DNA of 64,000 nucleotides from Gemmatimonadota bacterium (GTDB lineage Bacteria; Gemmatimonadota; Gemmatimonadetes; Longimicrobiales; Gaopeijiaceae). The position numbers were made by a program, and so were the translations under genes. The number at the start of each line of letters is the position of its first letter. Position 1 is the stretch's first letter. The notes below the pieces were generated by a model that worked only from the letters and a program-made list of their open reading frames with translations, was not told where the DNA came from and did no database searches. Location: assembly GCA_012267435.1 (NCBI GenBank), contig JAAXGM010000006.1, forward strand, positions 12,736-76,735. The letters run 5' to 3'. Below, one piece after another: positions 18,878-28,139 of this stretch.

Positions 18878-19050
18878 TCATGCTGAGGAGACGGCCTCCC
18901 GGTTCACGCCAGTTTCATCCGGTTCGCCGGACGTCGCTCATTCAACGCCCGGTCCCTCCGCCAACAGGATGCAAGATAGCGCGCGGGGCGGGTTAACTCC
19001 AGAAGAGGAGTGCGCGGGGATCGCGTTGCTGATGACTCACTGGTATCTAC

Positions 19051-19065
19051 TGTCAAATACTGACA
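19051..19065. promoter_or_regulatory. Perfect inverted repeat TGTCA-N5-TGACA in the kdsB / BNR-protein divergent region
   Basis: TGTCAAATACTGACA sits in the only AT-rich stretch of the 350-bp divergent intergenic region. This is operator-like; the binding protein is unknown. Confidence 0.25.
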
Positions 19066-19222
19066 AGTATATCTCATCCCGAGTAGGGCCGGGGTCCGAC
19101 CAGGGCCGCGCCGGCCAGAAGGCCGACCGCCAGCCGACGCCACCCGGAACGCATTGCCCGAGACAGGCCTCGACCTACCTTTGTGGCGTCCCTCGGTAGT
19201 CCCTCCTTCGGAGCGTTCCTCC

Positions 19223-22200
19223 ATGACCGTCAGCTTCCCCACCCAGTTGTTCACTCTCGTCTGCGTGCTTTCTCTTCTCGCAGTCGGCGTCGCGGCCGGC
19301 GGGCTCGCCGCCCAGCTGACCGCCCCCGGCGAGCTCCCGACCGACTTCTTCGCCGACGCCGACTTCCGCCATGTGGGCCCCGTGGGCAACCGGGTGAGCG
19401 CGGTGGTGGGCGAGCCCGGCAACCGCAACCTCTACTACCTCGGGGCCGCGTCGGGGGGCGTCTTCAAGAGCGAGGACGGCGGGCACACCTGGCGTCCCAT
19501 CTTCGACGACCAGCCGGCGCAGTCGATCGGGGCGCTGGCGATCGCGCCCTCCGACGCCAACGTGGTGTGGGCGGGAACGGGCGAGTCCTTCATCCGCTCC
19601 AACGTCTCCATCGGCAACGGCGTGTACCGCTCCACCGACGCGGGCCGCACCTGGAGGCACATGGGGCTCGACGAGACGGGCAGGATCGGGCGCATCGTCA
19701 TCCATCCCGACAACCCGGACGTCGTGTACGTCGCCGCGGCGGGCCACCTCTACGGACCGCAGCAGGAACGGGGGCTCTTCCGCACCACCGACGGCGGGGA
19801 GAGCTGGGAGCGGGTGCTCTTCTCCGGCGAGAACTCGGGCGCGATCGACGTGGTGATGGATCCCACCAACCCGCGCATCCTCTTCGCCGCGACCTGGCAG
19901 ATGCGGATCTGGACCTGGGGGCGCGAGAGCGGAGGCCCGGAAAGCGGGCTTTGGACCAGCCGCGACGGGGGCGACACCTGGACGCGGCTGGAGGGCGCCG
20001 GGCTGCCCCGCGGCACCATGGGCCGGATCGGCCTCGCGATGACCGCGTCCGACCCGGACCGGGTGTACGCGCTCATCGAAACCAACTCCAACCGGGAATA
20101 CGAGGAGCTGGAGGAGCACGAGGGGACGCTCTGGCGGTCCGACGACGGCGGGCGCTCCTGGACGATGGTCAACGCCGATCACGCGCTGGCGCAGCGGCCC
20201 CTGTACTACTCGCGCATGGCGGTCGCGCCCGACGACCCCGACGAGGTGCACTTCATGTCCACGCTGCACACGCGCTCGCTGGACGGAGGCGTGTCTTTCG
20301 AGGTCGTTTCCGGAGGCGACAACCACGACATGTGGATCGACCCGCTCGACCCGGACCGCATGATCATCGGCAACGACCAGGGGGTGCGCATCTCCACCAA
20401 CCGTGGGCGCGACTGGTACCGGCCGCTCCTGCCGATCGCCCAGATGTACCACGTCCACACCGACACCCAGGTTCCCTACAACCTGTACGGCAACCGCCAG
20501 GACGGGCCCTCGACCGGCGGCCCCTCCAACACGTTGACCGGAGGCGCGATCCCGGTGGGGGCGTGGAGGTCGGTGGGCGGATGCGAGACCGGATTCGCCA
20601 TCCCGGACACGGTGACCAACGACGTCGTCTGGTCGGGGTGTTACGAAGGCATCCTCGAACGCCACCAGCTCTCCACCGGGATCACCCGCACGGTGAGCGT
20701 CTGGCCCGACAACCCCGAGGGCTGGGCGGCCGCCGACGTCCGCTACCGCTTCCAGTGGACCTTCCCCGTCCACATCTCGCCGCACGACAACAACGTGGTC
20801 TACGCCGGCAGCCAGCACGTGCACCGAACCACCGACGGAGGACACGGCTGGAGCGTGATCAGCCCGGATCTGACGCGCGCCGACACCACCCGGATGCAGA
20901 AGACGGGCGGACTGACCACCGAGGACGTGAGCCCCACCTACGCCTCGGTGCTCTTCGCGCTTGCCGAATCCCCCATCGAGGCCGGCACCATCTGGGCGGG
21001 CTCGAACGACGGCCTGGTGCACGTGACGCGCGACGGCGGGGAGAGCTGGATCGAGGTCGCCCGCAACATCTCCGGGCTTCCCGAGTGGGGCACGGTGAGC
21101 AACATCGAGCCCTCCCGCCACAACCCGGCGGCGGCGTACATCACGGTCGACTTCCACCAGCTGGGCGGCACCGATCCCTTCGTCTACAAGACGGAGGATT
21201 ACGGGGCCTCCTGGCGCTCGCTCGCCGACGACATCCCGCGCAGCGTGTTCAGCTACGCCCACGTCGTGCGCGAGGATCCGGTGCGTCCCGGGCTCCTCTA
21301 CCTCGGAACCGAGAACTCGCTCTACGTCTCGTTCGACGACGGGGTGACTTGGGCACCCCTGCAGGGCGACCTGCCGCACGCCCCCGTGCACTGGCTGGAA
21401 ATCCAGCCGCACTTCAACGACCTGGTGGTGGGCACCTACGGGCGGGGATTCTGGATCCTGGACGACATCACCCCGCTGCAGCAGCTGAGCGCGGAGGCGG
21501 TTGCGAACGGCGTGCATCTGTTCGCGCCGCGTCCGGCCTGGCGCTTCCTGCCCCGGGAGGCGCGCAATGCCCAGCCGGACGACCCGGCCGCCGGGGAGAA
21601 CCCCGATTACGGGGCCTCCATCAACTTCCATCTAGGCGAGGATCTGGCCGGATCCGTCGCCATCGAGGTGGAAACGATGGACGGAGCGCCGGTCCGCACC
21701 CTGTCCGGCAACTTCGGCCCCGGAATGAACCGGGTGATGTGGGATCTGCGCCACACGGCCTCGGCGACTCCGCGGCTCCGCACGCCGCCGCTGGAGCACT
21801 CCCATCGCGGCGTGGGTCAGGAGGGGTGGCGGCCCCCGCCGGACGGCGGCCCGGTGCGCCCGCTCGCCATCCCCGGGCGTTACCGGGTGCGGCTCATCGC
21901 GGGCGCCGAAGAGCGCACCGCCGAGCTCGAGATCCTGCGGGATCCGGCCTCTGAGGCGTCCGCCGAGGACATGCGCGCGCAGCTGGCCCTTCAGCTGGAA
22001 CTGCGCGAAATGAGCGATTCGACGGCTGAGCTCATCAACCGCATCGAATGGACCCGCCGGGGGTTGGCGGACCTGGAGGAGCGGGTGCGCGGGAATCCGC
22101 TCTACGCCGAGATCGCGGAAGTGGGAGAGCAGCTCGCGCTGGCCCTCATCGAGCTCGAAATGGAGCTCTTCGACCTGAGGCTCACGGGCGGCTCGGCCCG

Positions 22201-22429
22201 GCAGGACACCATCCGCTGGCCCCGCCGGCTGTGGGCCAAGATCGCGAGCCTGGCCGGGTATTCGGCCGGCTCGGACGACCCGCCGACGGAGTCGATGAGC
22301 GAGGTCGGAGGGATCTACCGGCTCCAGCTGGAGGAGTACCTGAGACGCTGGGCGGAATTGGCCGCGGACGACATCGCCGACTTCAACCGTCTGCTGGCGG
22401 AACGGGGGCTGCCGCCGATCATCTCGTAG
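19223..22429 (+). CDS. Secreted BNR/Asp-box repeat protein (sortilin/VPS10-like beta-propeller, glycosidase-like)
   Basis: A signal peptide follows ATG 19223 (LFTLVCVLSLLAVGVAAGGLAAQ). There are multiple S-x-D-x-G-x-T-W Asp-boxes (SEDGGHTW, STDAGRTW, TTDGGESW, SRDGGDTW, SDDGGRSW, TTDGGHGW, TRDGGESW, FDDGVTW). Confidence 0.7.
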   Translation: MTVSFPTQLFTLVCVLSLLAVGVAAGGLAAQLTAPGELPTDFFADADFRHVGPVGNRVSAVVGEPGNRNLYYLGAASGGVFKSEDGGHTWRPIFDDQPAQSIGALAIAPSDANVVWAGTGESFIRSNVSIGNGVYRSTDAGRTWRHMGLDETGRIGRIVIHPDNPDVVYVAAAGHLYGPQQERGLFRTTDGGESWERVLFSGENSGAIDVVMDPTNPRILFAATWQMRIWTWGRESGGPESGLWTSRDGGDTWTRLEGAGLPRGTMGRIGLAMTASDPDRVYALIETNSNREYEELEEHEGTLWRSDDGGRSWTMVNADHALAQRPLYYSRMAVAPDDPDEVHFMSTLHTRSLDGGVSFEVVSGGDNHDMWIDPLDPDRMIIGNDQGVRISTNRGRDWYRPLLPIAQMYHVHTDTQVPYNLYGNRQDGPSTGGPSNTLTGGAIPVGAWRSVGGCETGFAIPDTVTNDVVWSGCYEGILERHQLSTGITRTVSVWPDNPEGWAAADVRYRFQWTFPVHISPHDNNVVYAGSQHVHRTTDGGHGWSVISPDLTRADTTRMQKTGGLTTEDVSPTYASVLFALAESPIEAGTIWAGSNDGLVHVTRDGGESWIEVARNISGLPEWGTVSNIEPSRHNPAAAYITVDFHQLGGTDPFVYKTEDYGASWRSLADDIPRSVFSYAHVVREDPVRPGLLYLGTENSLYVSFDDGVTWAPLQGDLPHAPVHWLEIQPHFNDLVVGTYGRGFWILDDITPLQQLSAEAVANGVHLFAPRPAWRFLPREARNAQPDDPAAGENPDYGASINFHLGEDLAGSVAIEVETMDGAPVRTLSGNFGPGMNRVMWDLRHTASATPRLRTPPLEHSHRGVGQEGWRPPPDGGPVRPLAIPGRYRVRLIAGAEERTAELEILRDPASEASAEDMRAQLALQLELREMSDSTAELINRIEWTRRGLADLEERVRGNPLYAEIAEVGEQLALALIELEMELFDLRLTGGSARQDTIRWPRRLWAKIASLAGYSAGSDDPPTESMSEVGGIYRLQLEEYLRRWAELAADDIADFNRLLAERGLPPIIS

Positions 22430-22460
22430 ACCTTCCGGAGGGGCCCGTTGACGGCGAGAG

Positions 22461-23042
22461 CTACAGCGAGAGACGCAGGAAGTTCTCAAGCAGCTGCGGG
22501 CCCGCGTCGGAGAAGTACGACTCCGGATGGAACTGAACCCCCCAGACGGGCATCGCCCGATGGCGCATGGCCTGAATCTCGTCCTCCTCGCCGGGGAGAT
22601 CGGTCCAAGCCACCGGCTCGAGTTCGCGCGGGAGGGCCGCGGGGTCCGTGACCAGGGAGTGATAGCGGGCGACGGTCATCGGCGAGGGAAGCCCTTGGAA
22701 GACCCCGAAGCCATTGTGGCGGATGGGTGCGGTCTTGCCGTGCATGACGCGCCGGGCTCGGACGGTCGCGCCCCCGAACGCCTCCCCGATGGCCTGGTGT
22801 CCCAGGCAGACGCCCAGGATCGGCGTCCGCGGACCCAGGGCCCGCACAAGCTCCGTGCTGATGCCCGCCTCGCTCGGAGTGCAGGGTCCGGGAGAAATGA
22901 CGATGCGCTCGGGAGCCAGCCGCTCGATCTCCCGCACGGTGCACTCGTCGTTGCGCACCACCTCGGTGCCGGCACCCAGCGTCTCCAGCATCTGGACCAG
23001 ATTCCAAGTGAACGAGTCGTAGTTGTCGAGAACCAGGATCAT
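22461..23042 (-). CDS. Glutamine amidotransferase subunit of anthranilate / aminodeoxychorismate synthase (TrpG/PabA)
   Basis: [17 protein letters not shown]…ISPGPCTP…[17 protein letters not shown]…HGK…VQFHPES carries the class-I GATase triad. TrpG and PabA cannot be separated from sequence alone. Confidence 0.9.
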   Translation of the reverse strand: MILVLDNYDSFTWNLVQMLETLGAGTEVVRNDECTVREIERLAPERIVISPGPCTPSEAGISTELVRALGPRTPILGVCLGHQAIGEAFGGATVRARRVMHGKTAPIRHNGFGVFQGLPSPMTVARYHSLVTDPAALPRELEPVAWTDLPGEEDEIQAMRHRAMPVWGVQFHPESYFSDAGPQLLENFLRLSL

Positions 23043-23073
23043 CGGGCGCGGAGGTTCGGTAGGATGAAGTCGG

Positions 23074-24243
23074 GTGGCGGGGCTCCTGCCCGCGATGCGC
23101 GGCTCGTGTCCCGGCTGCTTCCGGGTGCGGGGAATGTGCCGCGCCGGAGGACATTCGCCAAGCCCCGTCTTCCCGCCCCCGGATCATGTCGACTCCCGCC
23201 GGAGCGTCGCGCCGGTGTACACACGCTGCCTGGTCTGCCAGGCCCCCTTCCCCGAGAACGACACGCTCGAGCATCTGCCGCGCGGACGACGCGTGGCCTT
23301 CGATGCGGACCGGGGCCGGCTGTGGATGATCTGCGGCGCCTGCAAGCGGTGGTCGCTGGTGCCGCTGGTCGACCGATGGGAGGCGCTCGAGGAGCTCGAG
23401 AAGGTCTCGGTCGACCGGGGGCGCCTGCTTTCCCGCACCGACAACATCGCCCTGCTCGCCGCCGGTCCGCTCGAGATCGTGCGCGTCGGACGCTGCGGGC
23501 GCCGGGAGGAGGCCTGGTGGCGCTATGGGCGCGAGTTGCGTGCCCGCCGGAAGCGGTTCAGGCAGGTGTCTCTCGCGGGCACGGCCGTGGGAGCCGCGGC
23601 CATCGGTGGCTGGCTGACCGGTGGCATCGGCCTGTTGGGCGCCTGGGTGCTCTGGGAGCACGCGCCGCGCTGGACGACCCGGGGTGCCCGGTGGCTGCGC
23701 TTTGGTGCGGCGGCGTGGCGAGGCCGCCGCGAGTGCGGCCGCTGCGGATACGTCATGCGGGTGCTCTCCTACGACGCACGCGCCGGGCTGACGATCCGTC
23801 CCGGCGAGGGTGGCACGCCTCTGGTGGTGTCGCGCGCCTGTCCGGTCTGCGGGGCGGCCCCGGATAGCGACGAGAGCCTACGGCTGACGGGCCCGGACGC
23901 CGAGCGCACCCTGCGCCGGGTCCTCGCCTACCATCACTTCGAGGGAGCCTCCGAGAGGCGGATCGCCTCCGCGACCCGCCTGATCGAGGAAGTGGGGGGC
24001 ACCGGCGGCCTCTCCCGGGTGCTGGTCAAGAAGGGCGCGCGCTTCGGGAATCTGCCGCGCACGGGCACCATCGCCTTGGAGATCGCGGCCGGCGAGGACG
24101 CCGAGCGGCGGCTTTTGGAGCTCGAGCTGGCCAGCCTGGAGGCGCACTGGAGGCGGGAGGAGGAGCTCGCCGCCATCATCGACGGCGAGCTGACGCCGGT
24201 GCCTCTGCTGGAGACGCTGCGGCGCAAGGTGGCCGGGTTGTGA
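23074..24243 (+). CDS. Hypothetical membrane protein with two CxxC…CxxC zinc-ribbon-like motifs
   Basis: Motifs are CLVCQ…(27 aa)…CGACKRW and CGRCGY…(29 aa)…CPVCG. A Gly-rich hydrophobic segment lies between them ([30 protein letters not shown]), followed by a helical acidic C-terminus. The start codon is uncertain (ATG 23074, 23095 or 23134). Confidence 0.5.
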   Translation: MAGLLPAMRGSCPGCFRVRGMCRAGGHSPSPVFPPPDHVDSRRSVAPVYTRCLVCQAPFPENDTLEHLPRGRRVAFDADRGRLWMICGACKRWSLVPLVDRWEALEELEKVSVDRGRLLSRTDNIALLAAGPLEIVRVGRCGRREEAWWRYGRELRARRKRFRQVSLAGTAVGAAAIGGWLTGGIGLLGAWVLWEHAPRWTTRGARWLRFGAAAWRGRRECGRCGYVMRVLSYDARAGLTIRPGEGGTPLVVSRACPVCGAAPDSDESLRLTGPDAERTLRRVLAYHHFEGASERRIASATRLIEEVGGTGGLSRVLVKKGARFGNLPRTGTIALEIAAGEDAERRLLELELASLEAHWRREEELAAIIDGELTPVPLLETLRRKVAGL

Positions 24244-24271
24244 GGATACCCTGCCGAGTGACCCGCGGACC

Positions 24272-26080
24272 TCAGTAGTCCACCGGCCTCAGGTACGATT
24301 CCCCGATCGCCGTGGACGAGAGCACCGCCACCGTCGGCAGCTCGCGCTTCCAGTGGGTCGCGTTCAAACGGCTCCAGACGATGTCCACCTGCGCTTCGTC
24401 GAATCCCCGCCGCACCAAGTCGGAGGGCGAGTAGCCCCGCAGGAACCAGTGCAGGATGGGGTCGGCGTCGTGGTAGGAGATGCCCAGCTCGTCGTGATCG
24501 TGGATGCCCCGCACGAGGTCGGCGCTGGCCGGCTTCTCGACGATCTCGGAGGGGACGCCGAGATGGCGCGCGAGCGCCCACACCTGGGTCTTGAACAGGT
24601 CTCCGAGCGGGTTGACCGGGGGCGAGTCGTCGGCGTGCCAGGTGTAGTAGCCGAACAGCCGCTCGCTCTTGTTGCCCGTGCCGAGAGGAAGCGCGCTCAG
24701 GAGCGCCGACTGGTCGAAGATGGTGAGAGCCCGGAAGCGGGCGGCGAGGTTTCCGCGGCGCAACGGGCTGATGTCCGGCTCGTGGCGCGCGATGTAGCCG
24801 TCCACCGAAGCCGTGATGTCCAAGGTGCGGCCGACGGTGCCGGTCGCCTCCAGCACCATCGCCGCGTGCTCCAGGCTTTCCGGTGACGAGGTGGCGTACG
24901 GCAGCCGCAGCCCGGTGACGTTCTCCGGGCCGAGCGCGCGCGTGGCGAGGCAGAGCGACACGGCGGAATCGACGCCTCCCGACACGCCGATCACGACCTT
25001 TTCGAAGCCGCGCCGGCGCACGATCTCCTCCCGGATGAACTCCACCAGGGCGCGTTCGGTGAGCTCGAGGTTCAGGTCGAGCATCGAGGCGTCGCCCGGC
25101 ATCGGACCGTGGGTCGCGGCCCGGGGAGGGCGCGCGGGAACTCCGCCGCCTGCCCGGGACTCCTCCTCATCCGCGGCCGCGGCCGCGGCCGCTGCTTCCC
25201 TTCTCCGGCTGCGGCCGGCGCGCGCCAGTGCGTGGCGCAGATTCGGCAACTGCTGTTCGAGATCGGAGAGCAGCGGCGACTCGAAGCGGTGCCGGTCGAT
25301 CACCGTGCGGTCGAGGACGGCGGTCACCACGCCCTCCTCGAACAGCGGAGCGCGCGCCAGGGTGGTGCCGTCGGGCGCGATCGCCACCGAGCCGCCCGCG
25401 AACAACTTGCCGCCCTCCGAGCCCACCAGCTGACTGACTAGGACGAAGACGCCGTGTTCCATCGCCGGTCCCTCGAGGATCGGATCCCAGCGCCTGATGC
25501 TGGCGGGACGGTCGCTTCCAGCGAGGAACCCCCGCGCTGGCGAGGCGCTCGAAACCAGGACGACCTCGGCGCCGTCCAGGGCCAGCACGGCCGCGGTCAG
25601 CGAGTGCCAGACGTCTTCGCAGATCAGCATCCCCATGCGCCCCAGGGGCGTGTCGAAGGCACGCAGTTCGCGCCCCGGCTCCACGAAACGGGCTTCGTCG
25701 AAGAGCCCGTAGGTCGGCAGGAACATCTTGCGGTGGACGTGCAGCGGCTGGTAGCGACCGCCGCGCGCGGAGAAATAGACGACGCTGTTGTGGATCCGGC
25801 GGCGATGCCGCTCGTAGAAGCCGACGACCAGGTCCGGCCCGCCATCGGGTGCCCCACCCAGCATGTCCGCCACCTCGTCCGCTCCAAAGGCGAGTTCCGC
25901 GACCGCCCCCTGCAGGAAGTACCCGGTCAGGCAGGTCTCCGGGAAGACGAGGAGGTCGTGGTCGCTCCCGGCTTCGGCCACAAGCGAGCCTATCCTGTCG
26001 AGATTCGCGCGCACGTCTCCCTTGCGCGGCTTCATCTGGACCAGTCCCGCGACGAGCGGGGACGACTGTCTCGGGCTCAT
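24272..26080 (-). CDS. nadE: Glutamine-dependent NAD+ synthetase (CN-hydrolase domain + NAD synthase domain)
   Basis: The N-terminal nitrilase-type domain reads LVFPETCLTGY…MLICEDVWH. The C-terminal PP-loop reads VVIGVSGGVDSAVSL. An Ala/Glu/Arg low-complexity linker joins them. The ATG at 26080 was chosen because the upstream in-frame sequence is junk. Confidence 0.9.
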   Translation of the reverse strand: MSPRQSSPLVAGLVQMKPRKGDVRANLDRIGSLVAEAGSDHDLLVFPETCLTGYFLQGAVAELAFGADEVADMLGGAPDGGPDLVVGFYERHRRRIHNSVVYFSARGGRYQPLHVHRKMFLPTYGLFDEARFVEPGRELRAFDTPLGRMGMLICEDVWHSLTAAVLALDGAEVVLVSSASPARGFLAGSDRPASIRRWDPILEGPAMEHGVFVLVSQLVGSEGGKLFAGGSVAIAPDGTTLARAPLFEEGVVTAVLDRTVIDRHRFESPLLSDLEQQLPNLRHALARAGRSRRREAAAAAAAADEEESRAGGGVPARPPRAATHGPMPGDASMLDLNLELTERALVEFIREEIVRRRGFEKVVIGVSGGVDSAVSLCLATRALGPENVTGLRLPYATSSPESLEHAAMVLEATGTVGRTLDITASVDGYIARHEPDISPLRRGNLAARFRALTIFDQSALLSALPLGTGNKSERLFGYYTWHADDSPPVNPLGDLFKTQVWALARHLGVPSEIVEKPASADLVRGIHDHDELGISYHDADPILHWFLRGYSPSDLVRRGFDEAQVDIVWSRLNATHWKRELPTVAVLSSTAIGESYLRPVDY

Positions 26081-26318
26081 GAGCGGCGCGTCGTCATGGG
26101 AGCGGGTTCCGGTTCGCGGTGCGGCAAGCGGGATGTCTCCCGACAAGGTATGATAACCGCGCGGCCCGCCAAACGCCCCGGTGGTTGCCGGGTGATCCGC
26201 CCGATTGCACGATAACTGGTCGCACGACGCCGATGCGGTTCCGAACCGGCTCCGGGAACGAGTCCGTAACTCCCGGGGTCTACCCTGCAGCCATCGACAT
26301 TTCCTCCCACGAGTCGCC

Positions 26319-28115
26319 ATGACCCGCACGAGATTCATCCTCGCAGCGTTCCTGCTCTTTCTGCCGGTCCGGGCCTCGGACCTCGCGGGCCAGGACACGG
26401 GATCGACCGGCCAGCCGGAGACGGAAGCCTCGGCGATGCTGGATGGCCAGCACTTCCTGCGCGCGTTCGAGGTCATCAAGCGCTACAGCTGGAGCACTCC
26501 CGCGGATTCGACGCTGTGGAGAGGGGCTCTCGACGGATTGCTGGGGGCGGCGACCTTGTTGGCGCGGCGCGTCGAGCCAGCCGACTCCGTCCCGGACCCG
26601 GATCCGCTCCCCGCGGAGACCGAAGTCCCGGCGAGCCGCGGCGCGGTGGACGACCAGCGTTTCCTCAGCGCCTTCGACAGCATCCGGCAGTCCGATCTGG
26701 ACGCGCCCGGCGATCCGATGTTGTGGCGCGGCGCGGTTTGGGGGCTGATCGCGGCTCTGAACGACCCCTATGGCCAAGTGCTCAGCCCGCGCCGGGTGGA
26801 CGAATTCCAAGAAGCCACCACCGGCAACTACGCCGGCATCGGGGTAGCGATCCAGCAGTTGAACGACCGCATCACGGTCACCGCGGTCTTCCGCGGGTTC
26901 CCGGCGGAGCGAGTGGGAATCCAAGTGGGCGACGTGATCGTGGGGGTGGACGGCGAGAGCGCCGCGGAGTGGACCACCGGTGAGGCCTCGGAGCGCATTC
27001 GCGGCACCCCAGGCACCATGGTCACCGTGTCGGTCGAACGCGACGGGTTTTCCGCGCCCATTCCCCACGACATCGAACGCGACAACATTCATGTTTCGTC
27101 GGTCCACGCCGGGTATGTGGACGAGGAGGTTGGCTACATCCAGCTGGACCGGGTGGCTCGCGGTTCCACAGCCGAGATGGACTCCGCCTTCGCCCTGCTC
27201 GCGGACGCCAAGGGGATCGTCCTGGATCTACGCCGCAACCCCGGGGGATACCTCGACGAGTCCCTCACCCTGACCGACCTCTTCCTCGACCGCGGCGAGC
27301 GCATCGTCAGCACCCGCGGCCGCAACCTGCGCCGCGGGCCCGGCGAGCACGAGGACGTGGCGTACACCCGGGATGGGGCGAGCGTCGGGGACAAGTCGCT
27401 GGTGGTGCTTGTCGACGGCTTCACGGCCTCGGCCGGGGAAATCCTGTCCGGAGCACTCCAGGACCACGACCGCGCGCTGGTTGTGGGTGAGCGCACCTTC
27501 GGGAAGGGGGTGGTGCAGTCCGTCGTACCGCTCCCGGAGGGCTGGCAGCTGCAGCTGACCACCGGGGAGTGGTACACGCCGCTGGGCCGGTCGCTGCATC
27601 GCCAGCGGGATGCACACGGGTCGCCGCTGCCCGAGGACTCCACCGCCTTTCCGGTCTTCACCACCGAAGCGGGGCGGGAGCTGAGGGGTGGCGGCGGGGT
27701 TTTCCCGGACCTTGAGATCGAAGGCGACACGCTGCTGGTCGTCGAGCGCCAGCTTCTGGAGGAAGCCGCGGCCGCCGAATTCCCCTTCGGGCTGAGGCTG
27801 GCCGAAATCGGGTTCGACCGCGCGCAGGCGGTCGGCAACGACGGTGCCGAGGCGATGATCACCGATCAGGTCCTCGAGGCGTTCATCGCCGATCTGCGCG
27901 ATGCGGGCGTCCCCGAGGCCACTCTCGACGATCCCGCGGTCCGGAGCTACCTGCTCTGGCGGCTCGAGATCATTCTGGCTCTGCGCATGGAGGACGACGG
28001 GCGCCTGCTACGGTTCCGTATCCAGCGCGATCCCGTCCTGGCCGAAGCGGTCCGGCTCCTGCGCGAGGCGGACAACCAGGCGGAACTCTTCAGGCTCGTA
28101 GGCAGCGGAAGCTAG
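26319..28115 (+). CDS. S41-family C-terminal processing (tail-specific) peptidase with PDZ domain
   Basis: It has a signal peptide (FILAAFLLFLPVRASDLAGQ), a PDZ domain (GIGVAIQQLNDRITVTAVFRGFPAERVGIQVGDVIVGVDG) and a catalytic region (LVVLVDGFTASAGEILSGALQD…RALVVGERTFGKGVVQ). Confidence 0.85.
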   Translation: MTRTRFILAAFLLFLPVRASDLAGQDTGSTGQPETEASAMLDGQHFLRAFEVIKRYSWSTPADSTLWRGALDGLLGAATLLARRVEPADSVPDPDPLPAETEVPASRGAVDDQRFLSAFDSIRQSDLDAPGDPMLWRGAVWGLIAALNDPYGQVLSPRRVDEFQEATTGNYAGIGVAIQQLNDRITVTAVFRGFPAERVGIQVGDVIVGVDGESAAEWTTGEASERIRGTPGTMVTVSVERDGFSAPIPHDIERDNIHVSSVHAGYVDEEVGYIQLDRVARGSTAEMDSAFALLADAKGIVLDLRRNPGGYLDESLTLTDLFLDRGERIVSTRGRNLRRGPGEHEDVAYTRDGASVGDKSLVVLVDGFTASAGEILSGALQDHDRALVVGERTFGKGVVQSVVPLPEGWQLQLTTGEWYTPLGRSLHRQRDAHGSPLPEDSTAFPVFTTEAGRELRGGGGVFPDLEIEGDTLLVVERQLLEEAAAAEFPFGLRLAEIGFDRAQAVGNDGAEAMITDQVLEAFIADLRDAGVPEATLDDPAVRSYLLWRLEIILALRMEDDGRLLRFRIQRDPVLAEAVRLLREADNQAELFRLVGSGS

Positions 28116-28139
28116 CGCTCCCTCGCGCGGTGCGCGGAG

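Noticed and set aside
19175-21631. Very long ORFs antisense to or overlapping real genes. Examples: 818 aa at 19175-21631; 873 aa at 39949-42570; 412 aa at 8915-10153; 433 aa at 55225-56526; 474 aa at 15725-17149; 483 aa at 50233-51684.
   Set aside because: Their composition is dominated by R/G/P/A/H/D/V with no recognisable motifs. Each lies opposite a gene with an unambiguous family signature. Stop-poor alternative frames are expected at this GC content.
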